From Candidatus Parcubacteria bacterium (lineage in GTDB: Bacteria > Patescibacteriota > Minisyncoccia > Minisyncoccales > S141-161), in NCBI GenBank assembly GCA_027046565.1, contig JALTXW010000025.1, positions 1-46,686 on the forward strand: a stretch of DNA of 46,686 nucleotides. The letters are read 5' to 3'. Below are positions 33,037-43,172 of this stretch, piece by piece. Position numbers and translations under genes: made by a program. Below the pieces are notes generated by a model that had not been told where the DNA came from, searched no databases, and was given only the letters and a program-made list of their open reading frames with translations. Within the stretch, counting starts at the first letter, position 1; each line of letters begins with the position of its first letter.

Positions 33037-33055
33037 TTTTTATCTCACTTTCCAT
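33023..33055 (-). other. possible SD-led 10-codon upstream ORF (MESEIKSEDN) overlapping the pseudouridine synthase start out of frame
   Basis: GGAGGTGA (minus strand, 33061-33068), then 5 nt, then ATG at 33053-33055. The stop TAA at 33023-33025 lies 8 nt downstream of the GTG start codon (33034-33036). Confidence 0.25.
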
Positions 33056-33073
33056 TTCTCACCTCCATTTTAG

Positions 33074-33147
33074 TGGGCGGGAGAGGATTCGAACCTCTGA
33101 CCTTCCCGATGTCACCGGGACGCTCTAACCAACTGAGCTACCCGCCC
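33074..33147 (-). tRNA. tRNA-Val (anticodon GAC)
   Basis: 74-nt cloverleaf. Acceptor GGGCGGG/CCCGCCC, anticodon stem TCCCG/CGGGA with loop GTGACAT, T-arm AGAGGTTCGAATCCTCT, and A73. Confidence 0.85.
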
Positions 33148-33156
33148 AACTTAAAG

Positions 33157-33229
33157 TGCGCCCGGGAGGATTCGAACCTCCGACCCCCACTTTATAAGAG
33201 TGGTGCTCTAACCGCTGAGCTACGGGCGC
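33157..33229 (-). tRNA. tRNA-Ile with genomically encoded anticodon UAU
   Basis: 73-nt canonical cloverleaf. Acceptor GCGCCCG/CGGGCGC, D-arm GCTCAGCGGTTAGAGC, anticodon stem CCACT/AGTGG with loop CTTATAA, T-arm GGAGGTTCGAATCCTCC, and A73. Confidence 0.85.
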
Positions 33230-33264
33230 TCCCATTTTTAAAATACTCTAACTTCCAGGTAAAC

Positions 33265-35076
33265 TCAAGACTTTTTAAACTTCTTGATAATTTCTTTAAG
33301 TTCTTTTTCCTCTATCACCTCTTTGTCGATTAAAATTTTAGCTAACTCATCTAAAAGTTTTTTATTTTCTTTAAGCACTTTAGTAGCTTTTTGTTTAGCT
33401 TGCTTGATAATGTTAGCTACTTCTTTGTCAATCAAAAAGGCTACCTCTTCTGAATACTCCTTTTCCCAAGGAGTTAAGTTAGAAGGTTCAGAAAAAGATA
33501 TAGGCCCTAACTTTGACATTCCGTACTCTTTAACTAACTTTCTGGCTAAGAAAGAAGCTTTTTGAAGATCGCTTGAAGCTCCCGTAGTTACATCTTTAAA
33601 CACTAACTCTTCTGCGCAGTATCCTCCTAACAATATTGCAATTTCTTCAATGAACTCTTTTTTAGTTTTAAACTTTCTTTCTTCGCTTGGAGTTCTTAAA
33701 GTGTATCCTGCAGCAAATCCACGAGATACAATTGAAACTTTTCTTACAGGTTCCCCTCCAGGAAGCATTTCAGCTACAATAGCATGACCTGCTTCATGGT
33801 AAGCTGCAATTTTCTTTTCTTTTTCAGAAAGAGCGAAGCTTTTCCTTTCAGGACCTAGCAAAACTTTTTCGATGGCTTCAAAAAGTTCTGCTTGAGTAAT
33901 CTTCTCTTTATTTCTTCTCGCTGCTAAGATTGCAGCTTCATTCATTAAATTAGCTAAATCTGCTCCAGAAAAGCCTGGAGTTCTTTCTGCAATTTCTCTC
34001 AAATTTACGTCTTCAGCTAAAGGCTTCCCTCGGGAATGGATCTTTAAGATTGCTTCTCTTTCTTTTAAATCTGGAAGATCTATATTTATCCTTCGATCAA
34101 ATCTTCCTGGCCTCAACAAAGCTGGATCCAAGACATCAGGCCTATTAGTTGCAGCTAAAACAATAACTCTTTCATCTCTTTCAAATCCGTCCATTTCTAC
34201 CAAGATTTGGTTTAAAGCTTGCTCTCTTTCTTCGTGCACTCCAGTTAAGCCTACCCCTCTTCTTCTACCAATAGCATCTAACTCATCGATGAAGATAATA
34301 GAGGGAGCAAATCTTTTAGCTTGAGCAAAAAGGCTTCTTACCCTTGCAGCTCCAACTCCCACAAAAAGTTCTACAAATTCAGATCCTGAAATTGAAAAGA
34401 AAGGTACATTAGCTTCACCTGCTACAGCTTTAGCTAACAAAGTTTTGCCTGTTCCAGGAGGTCCAGATAACAAGATTCCTCGAGGTATTCTGGCTCCCAT
34501 CCTAAGATACTTTTTGGTGTTTTTTAGAAAATCTACAACTTCCTTTAACTCTTCTTTAGCTTCTTCTAACCCAGCTACATCTTTAAAAGTTACTTTTTCT
34601 TTTAAAGACAAACCTCCTTTGCCAAATATTCTAGCTTTAGCTTGAGTGAAATCAAAAGCTTTCATTGCAGAACCTTGGGCTCTCTTCATAAAACTTAAAA
34701 ATAAAAGGCCTAAAAGGAGAAAAGTGAGAAGAGGGAATAATAAAGACAACAAAACACCAGAAATTCCTGAGGGAGGTTTAAACTTAAGCTTTACTTTTTG
34801 GAGGTCTTCTTTTTCAAGACCTAATTGAAATAAAAACTCTAAACCAGGTTGAGTGAGATCTTTTTTAGTCCAAAAGATTTGATTTTTGCTTTTAGCTTCA
34901 ATGGTATCTGGTTTAACTAAGAGCTCTTCTACCTTTCCTTCTTTAATCATTTGGATTAACTCTAAAGGAGAAACCTCTTTTTTTTCAGGCAGATTTTGAG
35001 AGGAAAGTGCTATAAAGCTTATAAATACAAAAAATATCAAAATTACAGTTACAAGATGCCCCAATAACTCTTTCAT
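33265..35076 (-). CDS. ftsH: ATP-dependent zinc metalloprotease FtsH
   Basis: 603 aa. Two TM helices, Walker A GPPGTGKT, Walker [12 protein letters not shown], and HEAGHA zinc motif. Confidence 0.95.
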   Translation of the reverse strand: MKELLGHLVTVILIFFVFISFIALSSQNLPEKKEVSPLELIQMIKEGKVEELLVKPDTIEAKSKNQIFWTKKDLTQPGLEFLFQLGLEKEDLQKVKLKFKPPSGISGVLLSLLFPLLTFLLLGLLFLSFMKRAQGSAMKAFDFTQAKARIFGKGGLSLKEKVTFKDVAGLEEAKEELKEVVDFLKNTKKYLRMGARIPRGILLSGPPGTGKTLLAKAVAGEANVPFFSISGSEFVELFVGVGAARVRSLFAQAKRFAPSIIFIDELDAIGRRRGVGLTGVHEEREQALNQILVEMDGFERDERVIVLAATNRPDVLDPALLRPGRFDRRINIDLPDLKEREAILKIHSRGKPLAEDVNLREIAERTPGFSGADLANLMNEAAILAARRNKEKITQAELFEAIEKVLLGPERKSFALSEKEKKIAAYHEAGHAIVAEMLPGGEPVRKVSIVSRGFAAGYTLRTPSEERKFKTKKEFIEEIAILLGGYCAEELVFKDVTTGASSDLQKASFLARKLVKEYGMSKLGPISFSEPSNLTPWEKEYSEEVAFLIDKEVANIIKQAKQKATKVLKENKKLLDELAKILIDKEVIEEKELKEIIKKFKKS

Positions 35077-35079
35077 ACT

Positions 35080-35922
35080 TTACCTTAGGTTTTTAAGCGA
35101 AAGGAAGACTCTGTTTCCTTTAACTTGCACAATCTTAGCTTTTCTCTTCTCTCCAGCTTTGACTACTTGGTTGGGGTTTTCTATCTTTTCTTCAGAGAGC
35201 TCAGAGATATGGATTAAACCTTCCAAAATCGAGTTTGCTTTTTTAGCTTCTTCTAAGGTTTTGTGTGGAGGGGCAAACTTAATAAAAGCTCCAAAATCAC
35301 ATACAGCTGTGATTTCTCCTTCTACGATATCACCTTCTTTAAGCGAGGCTATGATATCTTTCTTTTCTTCTAACTCTCTAACTTTTTCAGAAAGGATGAT
35401 TTGGTTGTTTTTAGGGTCTAAAGTTAAAACGCAAACTTTTAAAGTTTGGCCTACAAACTTTTGGAGTTCTTCTAAAACCCTTTCTGGATTGCCTCCTTCT
35501 ACTTTAGGATAGTGATCTGAAGAAAGTTGAGAAGCTGGAATAAAAGCTTGAATGCCTTCAATCTTAGTTAAAAGCCCTCCTCGGTTAGCAGATAAAATTT
35601 TAACTTCAATAGGCCTTTTTTCCTCCTTAGCTTTTTGCAAAAATTCCCAAATTTCTTCTTCTCTAATTTGTCTTAAAGATAATCCTATGTATCCATCCTC
35701 TTGGTCAATATAAATAACTTTAGCTTCAACTTCGTCTCCAGGATTTAAATCTTTAATTTGGTTTTTAGAAAGCAAAAACTCTTCTCCTCTAATTACTCCC
35801 ACGCCTCGTGGTCCTAAATCTACAAACAAAGCCATCTTTTCTTTACCTAAAACTTTTCCTTTCACAATTTCTCCCTCTCTAACTGGCGCTACCTTATTGT
35901 ACAAAGGTAAAAGCTTTTTCAT
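35080..35922 (-). CDS. S1 RNA-binding domain protein (short ribosomal protein S1-like, about 3 S1 repeats)
   Basis: 280 aa. Repeated G-x-V-x-G-x-V...G-x-F-V motifs (GEIVKGKV, GDIVEGEITAVCDFGAFIKF). Confidence 0.75.
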   Translation of the reverse strand: MKKLLPLYNKVAPVREGEIVKGKVLGKEKMALFVDLGPRGVGVIRGEEFLLSKNQIKDLNPGDEVEAKVIYIDQEDGYIGLSLRQIREEEIWEFLQKAKEEKRPIEVKILSANRGGLLTKIEGIQAFIPASQLSSDHYPKVEGGNPERVLEELQKFVGQTLKVCVLTLDPKNNQIILSEKVRELEEKKDIIASLKEGDIVEGEITAVCDFGAFIKFAPPHKTLEEAKKANSILEGLIHISELSEEKIENPNQVVKAGEKRKAKIVQVKGNRVFLSLKNLR

Positions 35923-35935
35923 AGTAAACTCTAAA

Positions 35936-35965
35936 ATAATATCAAACTTTAAATATTAAAATCAA
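35936..35965 (-). promoter_or_regulatory. candidate promoter (TTGATT-18-TATTAT) for the S1-ftsH string
   Basis: On the minus strand, TTGATT (35960-35965) and TATTAT (35936-35941). The -10 box ends 13 nt before the ATG. Confidence 0.35.
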
Positions 35966-35987
35966 GAGAAGCCAATAAGAATTTAGC

Positions 35988-36017
35988 TTGATTTTTAATT
36001 AGAAGAATATCTAAAAT
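35988..36017 (+). promoter_or_regulatory. candidate promoter (TTGATT-18-TAAAAT) for the MBL-fold hydrolase gene
   Basis: TTGATT at 35988-35993 and TAAAAT at 36012-36017. The -10 box ends 15 nt before the ATG. Confidence 0.35.
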
Positions 36018-36032
36018 TAAAAAACACAAAAC

Positions 36033-36689
36033 ATGGAGATTAAATGGCTAGGGCAAGCCTGTTTTTTGGTTAAAACTAAAGCCAATCAAAAAGAGGTCAG
36101 AGTTGTAATTGACCCTTTTTCGCCAGATATAGGTTTAAGATTGCCAAAGTTAGAAGCTGATATTTTGCTTGTTTCGCACCAGCATTTTGACCACAATAAC
36201 AAAGCAGCTGTTGTGGGGAATCCTTATTTGATTGAAGAACCTGGAGAATATGAAATTGAAGATGTTTTCATCCAGGGGATTAAAGCTTTTCATGATGATA
36301 AAGAGGGCAAAGAAAGGGGAGAGGTGGTGGCCTTTAAAATAGTCTCTGAGGGGATTAAAGTGTGCCATCTTTCAGACTTAGGTCAGAGGAAGCTTCAAGA
36401 TTCCCAGTTGGAACAAATAGGGGTTGTAGATGTGCTTTTGATTCCTGTAGGCGGTTACTATACCATAGATGGGCCTTTAGCCAGAGAGATTGTAAATCAG
36501 ATAGAGCCTAAAATTGTAATTCCTATGCATTATCAGATTGAGAATCTTAAAATTAAAGAGCTTTCACCAGTAGATAACTTTTTGAAAGCTATGGGGCAAG
36601 AAAAGCCTCCAGTTTTAGATAAACTTAAAATCAAAAAGGAAGATTTGGCTGAAGATAAAGAAACCCAAGTTATTTTGCTTAAACCTTGA
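36033..36689 (+). CDS. MBL-fold metal-dependent hydrolase (UPF0173-like)
   Basis: 218 aa. VSHQHFDHN metallo-beta-lactamase His motif, plus later conserved H and D residues. Confidence 0.75.
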   Translation: MEIKWLGQACFLVKTKANQKEVRVVIDPFSPDIGLRLPKLEADILLVSHQHFDHNNKAAVVGNPYLIEEPGEYEIEDVFIQGIKAFHDDKEGKERGEVVAFKIVSEGIKVCHLSDLGQRKLQDSQLEQIGVVDVLLIPVGGYYTIDGPLAREIVNQIEPKIVIPMHYQIENLKIKELSPVDNFLKAMGQEKPPVLDKLKIKKEDLAEDKETQVILLKP

Positions 36690-37003
36690 AACACAAAAGC
36701 TTTGTTGAAAACCTCCCAGTTTGGCAAAGAAAGCTAATTTTGTACTTTTTAGTTTCCATTGTAGCTTTACTAGTTTTTGGTTATTTTAAACTAAAAGTTA
36801 TACCTGATTTGCAATCTAAAAGCTTTAAGGTTAAAACTTTAAAAGAGAGTCTTTTTAATTTTGATTTTATTGAAAGGAGAAAGGAATATTTCTTAAGAGA
36901 GCCTTTTGAAAGTTCAAATCTTCAAAAGGTTTTTAAAAACTTAGAACAAAACCTCAAAGATTTAGAAACTCAAGTTAACTCTAATCAAAATGGTACCAGA
37001 TAA
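36686..37003 (+). CDS. hypothetical single-pass membrane protein
   Basis: 105-aa ORF with a TTG start that overlaps the upstream stop. One TM helix. It overlaps the gyrA start by 14 nt. No homology recognised. Confidence 0.35.
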   Translation: MKHKSFVENLPVWQRKLILYFLVSIVALLVFGYFKLKVIPDLQSKSFKVKTLKESLFNFDFIERRKEYFLREPFESSNLQKVFKNLEQNLKDLETQVNSNQNGTR

Positions 37004-39431
37004 AGATAAAACTAACATTGAACCTCGAGAGATCACTCAAGAGATGAAAGAAAGCTATATAGATTATGCAATGTCAGTTATAGTTTCTCGTGCTCTTCCT
37101 GATGTGAGAGATGGATTGAAACCTGTTCAAAGGAGAATTCTCTATGCAATGTACGAAGATAGACTTTTTTCTACCGCTAAATTTAGAAAGTCAGCTACGG
37201 TAGTAGGTTCTACTTTAGGAAGATACCATCCTCACGGAGATGCCCCAGTTTACGAAGCTTTAGTTAGAATGGCTCAAGATTTTGTAATGAGATACCCTTT
37301 AGTTCAAGGCCAAGGGAACTTTGGCTCTATAGATGGAGATCCTCCAGCTTCAATGCGCTATACTGAGGCTAAACTTTCTCCTGTAGGTGAGGAGCTTTTA
37401 AGGGATATAGAGAAAGATACTGTAGATTTTAGACCTAACTACGATGGAACCAGAAAAGAACCTGTGGTTTTGCCTTCTCCTTTGCCTAACCTTTTGATGC
37501 AAGGATCAATTGGGATTGCAGTTGGTATGGCAACCAGTATTCCTCCTCATAATCTTTCTGAGTTAGTACTAGCTATTTGCTATTTGATTGATAATCCTCA
37601 AGCTGAAACTAAAGATTTGCTCAAGTTCATTCAAGGCCCAGATTTTCCTACAGGTGGAATTGTTTTTGCAGATGAAGATTTAGTTAAAACTTATGCTCAA
37701 GGAAGAGGAAAGATAACAGTTAGAGGAGTAGCTAACATTGAAGAGATTAAACCCGGAAGGTTTGCCATTGTGATTACCGAAATCCCTTATCAGGTTCAAA
37801 AATCAGAGCTTTTGAAACAGTTTGCAAGATTAGTAGAACAAAAGAAGATAGAAAATATTAAAGATATTAGAGATGAATCAGATAGACAAGGGATGAGAAT
37901 TGTAATTGAGCTTTCAAAGTCAGCTCATCCTCAAAAAATATTAAATGCTCTTTATAAGTTTACCGATCTTCAAAAGAGCTTTAATTTCAATATGTTAGCT
38001 TTAGTTAAGGGGATTAAACCTGAGGTTTTAGGTTTAAAAGATATTTTGGTTCAGTTTATAGAGCACCGAAGGGAAGTGGTAGTGAGGAGATCCAAGTATG
38101 AGTTAGCTAAAGCTAAAGAAAGAGCTCACATTTTGGAAGGAATTTTAAAGTGTTTGAGAGATATAGATAAAGCTATAAGGATAATTAGAAGATCTGAAAA
38201 TAGAGAAAAAGCTAAAGTTAACTTGCAAAAGGCTTTTGGATTGACTGAAAAGCAAGCTTTAGCTGTATTAGAAATAAGGCTTCAGCAGTTAGCCAGGATG
38301 GAAATTGAAGCTGTAGAAAAGGAGCTAAACGAAAAGAGAAAGTTAATTAAAGAGCTAGAAAGTTTGCTAAAAAGTCCTAAAAAGATAGATTCCAAGATTA
38401 AAGAAGAACTTTTGGTTCTTAAAGAAAAGTTTGGAGATGAAAGAAGAACTAAAGTTGTGAAAGGAAAACCCCGCGAACTTCAAGATGAAGATTTAGTGGT
38501 TCAAGAAGAAACTATAATTATCCTTACTGATAAAGGTTTTATCAAAAGAGTTAGTCCTAAAGCTTTTAAACTTCAAAAGAGGGGAGGGAAGGGGATTTCA
38601 GGTATAGAAATTAAAGAAGAAGATTCTATCTCTCACTTTGTTTTAGCTAAGACTTTAGATGAGCTTTTGTTTTTCACAGATAGAGCTCAAGCTTTTAAGC
38701 TTAAAGTTTTTGAAATTCCAGAAGAAGGAAGGAGTTCTAAAGGTAAGCCTTTAGCTAACTTTATTAATGTTTTGCCTCAAGAGAAGATTTTAAGCCTTTT
38801 AGTGATTTCTAAAGATTCTCCCTTCAAGTTTATCTTTATGGTAACCAAAAAGGGAATTGGCAAAAGAACTAAGCTTGAAGAGTTTAGCAACATTAGGAGT
38901 TCTGGAATTTTAGCTTTGAAGATGAAATCTCAAGATTCCTTGACTGAAGCTGAATTAACTACAGGAAAAGATTTGGTAGTCTTAACCACTAAAAAAGGAC
39001 AAACTATAATCTTTCCTGAAGAACAAGTGAGGATAATGGGAAGAGTAGCTTCTGGAGTTAAACTTTTAAAGTTAGCAAAAGATGATGAAGTTATTTCTTT
39101 AGAAAGGATTTCTAAAGAAGATTTAACCCAAGCTTATCTTTTAACCCTTACTGAAAAAGGTTTTGCTAAAAAAACCAAGCTATCTGAATTTAGGGTGCAA
39201 AATAAAGGAGGATCTGGAATAAAGAGTGCAAGGTTAGACTCTAAAACCGGCGGAATAGTTTTTGCTAAAGTTATTACTCCAGAATTTGAAAGCATTTTTG
39301 CAATAACTTCTAAAGGTAGGGTAATAAGAGTAGATTTGAAAGGAATACCTTCTTTATCTCGAAACTCTAAGGGAGTGAGGATTTTAAAAACCAAAGAAGG
39401 GGATGTAATTTCAAGTGCTATTTGTCATTAA
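36990..39431 (+). CDS. gyrA: DNA gyrase subunit A
   Basis: 813 aa. [24 protein letters not shown], active-site region, and C-terminal beta-pinwheel repeats. Confidence 0.95.
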   Translation: MVPDKDKTNIEPREITQEMKESYIDYAMSVIVSRALPDVRDGLKPVQRRILYAMYEDRLFSTAKFRKSATVVGSTLGRYHPHGDAPVYEALVRMAQDFVMRYPLVQGQGNFGSIDGDPPASMRYTEAKLSPVGEELLRDIEKDTVDFRPNYDGTRKEPVVLPSPLPNLLMQGSIGIAVGMATSIPPHNLSELVLAICYLIDNPQAETKDLLKFIQGPDFPTGGIVFADEDLVKTYAQGRGKITVRGVANIEEIKPGRFAIVITEIPYQVQKSELLKQFARLVEQKKIENIKDIRDESDRQGMRIVIELSKSAHPQKILNALYKFTDLQKSFNFNMLALVKGIKPEVLGLKDILVQFIEHRREVVVRRSKYELAKAKERAHILEGILKCLRDIDKAIRIIRRSENREKAKVNLQKAFGLTEKQALAVLEIRLQQLARMEIEAVEKELNEKRKLIKELESLLKSPKKIDSKIKEELLVLKEKFGDERRTKVVKGKPRELQDEDLVVQEETIIILTDKGFIKRVSPKAFKLQKRGGKGISGIEIKEEDSISHFVLAKTLDELLFFTDRAQAFKLKVFEIPEEGRSSKGKPLANFINVLPQEKILSLLVISKDSPFKFIFMVTKKGIGKRTKLEEFSNIRSSGILALKMKSQDSLTEAELTTGKDLVVLTTKKGQTIIFPEEQVRIMGRVASGVKLLKLAKDDEVISLERISKEDLTQAYLLTLTEKGFAKKTKLSEFRVQNKGGSGIKSARLDSKTGGIVFAKVITPEFESIFAITSKGRVIRVDLKGIPSLSRNSKGVRILKTKEGDVISSAICH

Positions 39432-39441
39432 CTTGAGCTTT

Positions 39442-40572
39442 ATGCCTAAATATCCTAAAGTTTCCTTTGTTTTACCTGCTTTGAACGAAGAAAAAGGTAT
39501 TGGTTTGTGTTTAGATAAGATAAATAAAGTGATAAAGGATTTAAACTTGGATGCAGAAGTGATAGTAGTAGATAATGGTTCTGAAGATAAAACTGCTCAG
39601 ATAGCCTTAGAGAAAGGGGCTAAAGTAGTTAGAGAAGAAGAAAAAGGTTACGGCTCTGCCTATCTTAGAGGATTTAAAGAGACTACGGGTGAATGGATAG
39701 TGATGGGGGATGCAGATGCAACTTACGATTTTTTAGAAACTCCTAAGTTCTTAGAGAAATTGGATCAAGGTTATGATTTGGTAATTGGCTCGAGATTTAA
39801 AGGAAAGCTTTTGCCAGGTTCAATGCCTGTTTTAAATAGAGTAGGGAACTGGGCTCTATCTTCTATGCTTAGGTTATTGTTTAAGACTTCTCTTTCTGAT
39901 ATTCATTGCGGGATGCGAGCTTTCACTAAAGAAGCTTTAGCTAAAATGAGGTTAAGAACCAAAGGAATGGAGTTAGCTTCAGAAATGGTCATTTCTGCCA
40001 TAAGAGAAAAATTAAAAATTGCAGAAGTTCCTATTGTCTATCATCCTCGGAGGGGAAATTCTAAGCTCTCCAAATTGAGAGATGGATGGCGGCACATAAA
40101 ATTTATGCTTCTTTATGCTCCTTATTGGCTTTATTTTTTCCCTGGCCTTTTTTTGCTCTTTTTGTCTTTAGTTATAGAGGTTATTCTTTCTACTGGTCCG
40201 GTAGAGGCTTTTGGAAGGACATGGGATATTCACTTGATGATAGCATCTTCTTTTTCAACTATTTTAGGGATCCAAATTATGATTTTAGGTACTATTGCCA
40301 AAGTTTATGGGGTAAAGAGAGGGCTTTTAGTTAAGGATGTAGCTCTGGAGAGATTTATGAAGTGGTTTAGTTTAGAGAAAGGTTTGCTTATTGGAGCAAT
40401 CTTCTTTTTGATTGGTTTAGCTATGGTTTTAAAGATTGTATTAGAATGGGCTTTAAGGGGATTTAAAGATTTGTCTGAAGAAAGATTAATGCTTTTAGGT
40501 TCTAATTTGGTAATAATTGGGATAGAGATAATTTTTTCTTCTTTTCTTTTTACTTTAATTAAAGAAAGTTAA
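39442..40572 (+). CDS. family-2 glycosyltransferase with a C-terminal multi-TM region (polyprenyl-phosphate glycosyltransferase-like)
   Basis: VSFVLPALNEE start motif, VDNGSEDKT, and DADATY (DxD). Four C-terminal TM helices. I prefer the ATG at 39442 over the track start at 39415. Confidence 0.8.
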   Translation: MPKYPKVSFVLPALNEEKGIGLCLDKINKVIKDLNLDAEVIVVDNGSEDKTAQIALEKGAKVVREEEKGYGSAYLRGFKETTGEWIVMGDADATYDFLETPKFLEKLDQGYDLVIGSRFKGKLLPGSMPVLNRVGNWALSSMLRLLFKTSLSDIHCGMRAFTKEALAKMRLRTKGMELASEMVISAIREKLKIAEVPIVYHPRRGNSKLSKLRDGWRHIKFMLLYAPYWLYFFPGLFLLFLSLVIEVILSTGPVEAFGRTWDIHLMIASSFSTILGIQIMILGTIAKVYGVKRGLLVKDVALERFMKWFSLEKGLLIGAIFFLIGLAMVLKIVLEWALRGFKDLSEERLMLLGSNLVIIGIEIIFSSFLFTLIKES

Positions 40573-41504
40573 TGATGCTTAAAGGAGGGAAATTAATAAT
40601 TACTGGAGGAGCCGGATTTGTAGGAACTAATTTAGTTAAAGAATTAATAAGCTTAGGTGGCAAAGTGTTAGTTGTAGATAATTTGAGCACTGGTAAATTG
40701 GAAAATGTCCCTTCTAAAGCTTTCTTTTGTAAAGAAGATATTTTGAATCCTACCCAGCTACTAGAAATCTTTAAGGATTTTAAGCCTGCAGTAGTTTTTC
40801 ATCTTGCAGCTCAGGTTAATGTAAGAGACTCTTTTAGAAATCCAGAATTTACTTTTAAAGTGAATGTTGAGGGTACCGAAAATGTTTTAAAGGCTTCCAT
40901 AGCAAGTGAAGCTAAAAAATTTATTTTTATTTCTACAGGTGGAGCTTTATATGGAGACAGAGCTCCAATTCCTACTCCAGAAGATTTTTCTCCTTCTCCT
41001 CAATCTCCTTACGGCAAATCAAAGTTAGAGGCAGAAAAGTTATTAAATTCTTTTAAAGATAAAATTGACATTATTATTTTAAGGCCTTCAAATATTTACG
41101 GTCCTTATTTTAACCCCGAAAGCAACACTGGAGTGATAGGAATTTTTATTTCTAAAATTTTCAAGAAAGAACCTCTTGAAGTTTATGGAGGGGAGCAAAC
41201 TCGAGATTTAATTTATGTTAAGGATGTAGTTAAAGCTTGTATTAAAACTTTAAATTTAAATCAATATGAGGTTTTTAACATAAGTTCAGGGAAAGAAACT
41301 AAGATAAAAGAAGTTTTAGAGATTATCAAAAAGAAAGTAAAATTGGTCCCTAAAATTTCCTTTCTGCCTTTAGTTGAAAAAGAGCAGTTACGAAGTTGTT
41401 TAGATAACACTAAGGCTAAAAATTTGCTAGATTGGAGACCTGAAGTTAATTTAGAGGAGGGTATAGATTTGACTGTTAAATGGTTTTTAAAGAATTATGG
41501 ATAA
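40572..41504 (+). CDS. NAD-dependent nucleotide-sugar epimerase/dehydratase (SDR family)
   Basis: 310 aa. ITGGAGFVGTNL Rossmann motif and the catalytic YGKSK (YxxxK). Confidence 0.85.
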   Translation: MMLKGGKLIITGGAGFVGTNLVKELISLGGKVLVVDNLSTGKLENVPSKAFFCKEDILNPTQLLEIFKDFKPAVVFHLAAQVNVRDSFRNPEFTFKVNVEGTENVLKASIASEAKKFIFISTGGALYGDRAPIPTPEDFSPSPQSPYGKSKLEAEKLLNSFKDKIDIIILRPSNIYGPYFNPESNTGVIGIFISKIFKKEPLEVYGGEQTRDLIYVKDVVKACIKTLNLNQYEVFNISSGKETKIKEVLEIIKKKVKLVPKISFLPLVEKEQLRSCLDNTKAKNLLDWRPEVNLEEGIDLTVKWFLKNYG

Positions 41505-43149
41505 CTTAAAGCAGAACGTTTACTATCCTCTTGGAGTTTTCTTATTTTTCTTTGGAGTTTTTCTTTATATAAATTTTCAATATCCTTATCTCCCTGGAGT
41601 TGATTCTTATTATCATCTAAAGCATGCTTATTTAATTGAAAAACTTGGCGTTCAAGAAGCAGTTTTAAATTTTCAATGGCTAAAATGGCATATTTTAGAT
41701 AAATATAAAGCGGATCAGTGGTTTGGGTTTCATTTATTCTTAATTCCTTTTATAAAGCTTACTGAGGGAGATCTAATTAAAGCAGGCAAAATAGCTTCTG
41801 CTTTCTTTTCTTCTCTATTCTTGCTTTCTTTCTTTTTTGTTCTTTCTAAATTTAAAGTTAAGGTTCCTTTGCTTTGGACTTTAGTCCTATTTTTCGTTTC
41901 TCCTGTTTTTGGCTGGAGGCTTCTTTTTGTAAGACCCTTTATCATTTCAATGATAATTTATGTTTTGCTTCTTTGGGCAATTCCTAATAGAAGATATTTA
42001 ATTGTTTTTATTTTGCTTCTTTTTTACTCTTTCTCAGTTGTAGAGTCTCCTTTAGGAATTGGTATGGTGCTTTCTTGGATAGCTATAGAATACTTTAGAG
42101 AAAGAAAGATTGATTTTAAGCTTCTTTTTTATAGCTTAATTGGTTTTTTGCTCGGATTTTTAGCGAGACCTGATTTTCCTCAGAATATTTATCTTATTTA
42201 TTATGGAGCATTACTTCCTCTTTATTTAAGAATGATAGGAGAACCTTTACCTTTTGGAGGAGAGTTTTTCTACCAGTTTTATGAGTTGCCTTTCAAGCAC
42301 ATTATTCTTCTTTTTGTAATAGTAGCAAGTATTTCTTTTTGGTTGTTAAGAATAATGCATAAGGGTTTTAAGGATCTTAGATCACTGGATCTTTTTTACA
42401 TCTTTTTATTTTCTTTCTTTTTCTTTCTCACCTTTGTTAAAGCTCAAAGATTCATAGAATACTTTGCCCCTTTAAGTGTTTTGATAGCCTCTTTATCTTT
42501 TAGTCGTTTTGTTAACTTTGACCTGAGAGGATTGATGTCACAGCTAAATTCGGCTGTTAAATATTCTAAAAGCTCTTCAAAAATAAGGAGTTTAGCTTTC
42601 TTACTTAAAAATATTTTTGAACTTATCTTTCTAAGAAAGAAAGCTCTTTTTGAGATTATTTTCAAATCTTTCCTGGCAATCTTTGTTTTTTATGTTTTCT
42701 TACTAATAGAAATGTTATCTCAGAAAGATATCTTAGCTTACAAATTGAAAGTGGTTGCAGAATGGCTTAAAGAAAATACTCCTCCTGGATCTCTGGTATT
42801 AAACGATAGATTTGGTTTTTTCCCTTTGCTATTCTTTTATAATCACCAAAATATTTATGCTCAAGCAATGGATCCTTCTTTTTTTTATGTACTGAATCCT
42901 CAATTGTATTGGGAGTTTAGAAACGTTCTTTTAAATCTTTTAGACTGCAACAAAGCTTTATGCAAGAGTAAGGAAAAGATAACTCCTCAAAAAGCTTATG
43001 AAATTTTTAAAATAAAACTCAGAGGAGATTATTTATTGTTATCCAAAGAATTTGTTCATCCTAACTTTGATGAGGAAATCACCAATAAACACCCCAAGAT
43101 TGAAAAGGTATTTGAATTTAGAGATATCAATGTTTATAAATTAAAGTAA
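41497..43149 (+). CDS. large polytopic membrane protein, GT-C-like (putative lipid-linked-sugar-dependent glycosyltransferase)
   Basis: 550 aa with at least 10 hydrophobic helices and a soluble C-terminal domain. The first loop motif PGVDSYYHLKHA resembles the acidic first-loop motif of GT-C enzymes. The call is an inference from context. Confidence 0.45.
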   Translation: MDNLKQNVYYPLGVFLFFFGVFLYINFQYPYLPGVDSYYHLKHAYLIEKLGVQEAVLNFQWLKWHILDKYKADQWFGFHLFLIPFIKLTEGDLIKAGKIASAFFSSLFLLSFFFVLSKFKVKVPLLWTLVLFFVSPVFGWRLLFVRPFIISMIIYVLLLWAIPNRRYLIVFILLLFYSFSVVESPLGIGMVLSWIAIEYFRERKIDFKLLFYSLIGFLLGFLARPDFPQNIYLIYYGALLPLYLRMIGEPLPFGGEFFYQFYELPFKHIILLFVIVASISFWLLRIMHKGFKDLRSLDLFYIFLFSFFFFLTFVKAQRFIEYFAPLSVLIASLSFSRFVNFDLRGLMSQLNSAVKYSKSSSKIRSLAFLLKNIFELIFLRKKALFEIIFKSFLAIFVFYVFLLIEMLSQKDILAYKLKVVAEWLKENTPPGSLVLNDRFGFFPLLFFYNHQNIYAQAMDPSFFYVLNPQLYWEFRNVLLNLLDCNKALCKSKEKITPQKAYEIFKIKLRGDYLLLSKEFVHPNFDEEITNKHPKIEKVFEFRDINVYKLK

Positions 43150-43172
43150 GCAACACGGAAATCAAAATAAAT

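Noticed and set aside
31917-33333. ORFs 31917-32204 (+) and 32953-33333 (+) from the six-frame track.
   Set aside because: They run antisense through tRNA-Leu and rplS, and through tRNA-Val, tRNA-Ile and the end of ftsH respectively. Their GC-rich parts are simply the tRNA genes read as protein.
36687-36689. Alternative genetic code (UGA recoded, as in some candidate-phyla lineages).
   Set aside because: Long uninterrupted ORFs with conserved motifs are obtained with the standard code. TGA also functions as the terminal stop of the MBL hydrolase ORF (36687-36689), at the expected protein length.
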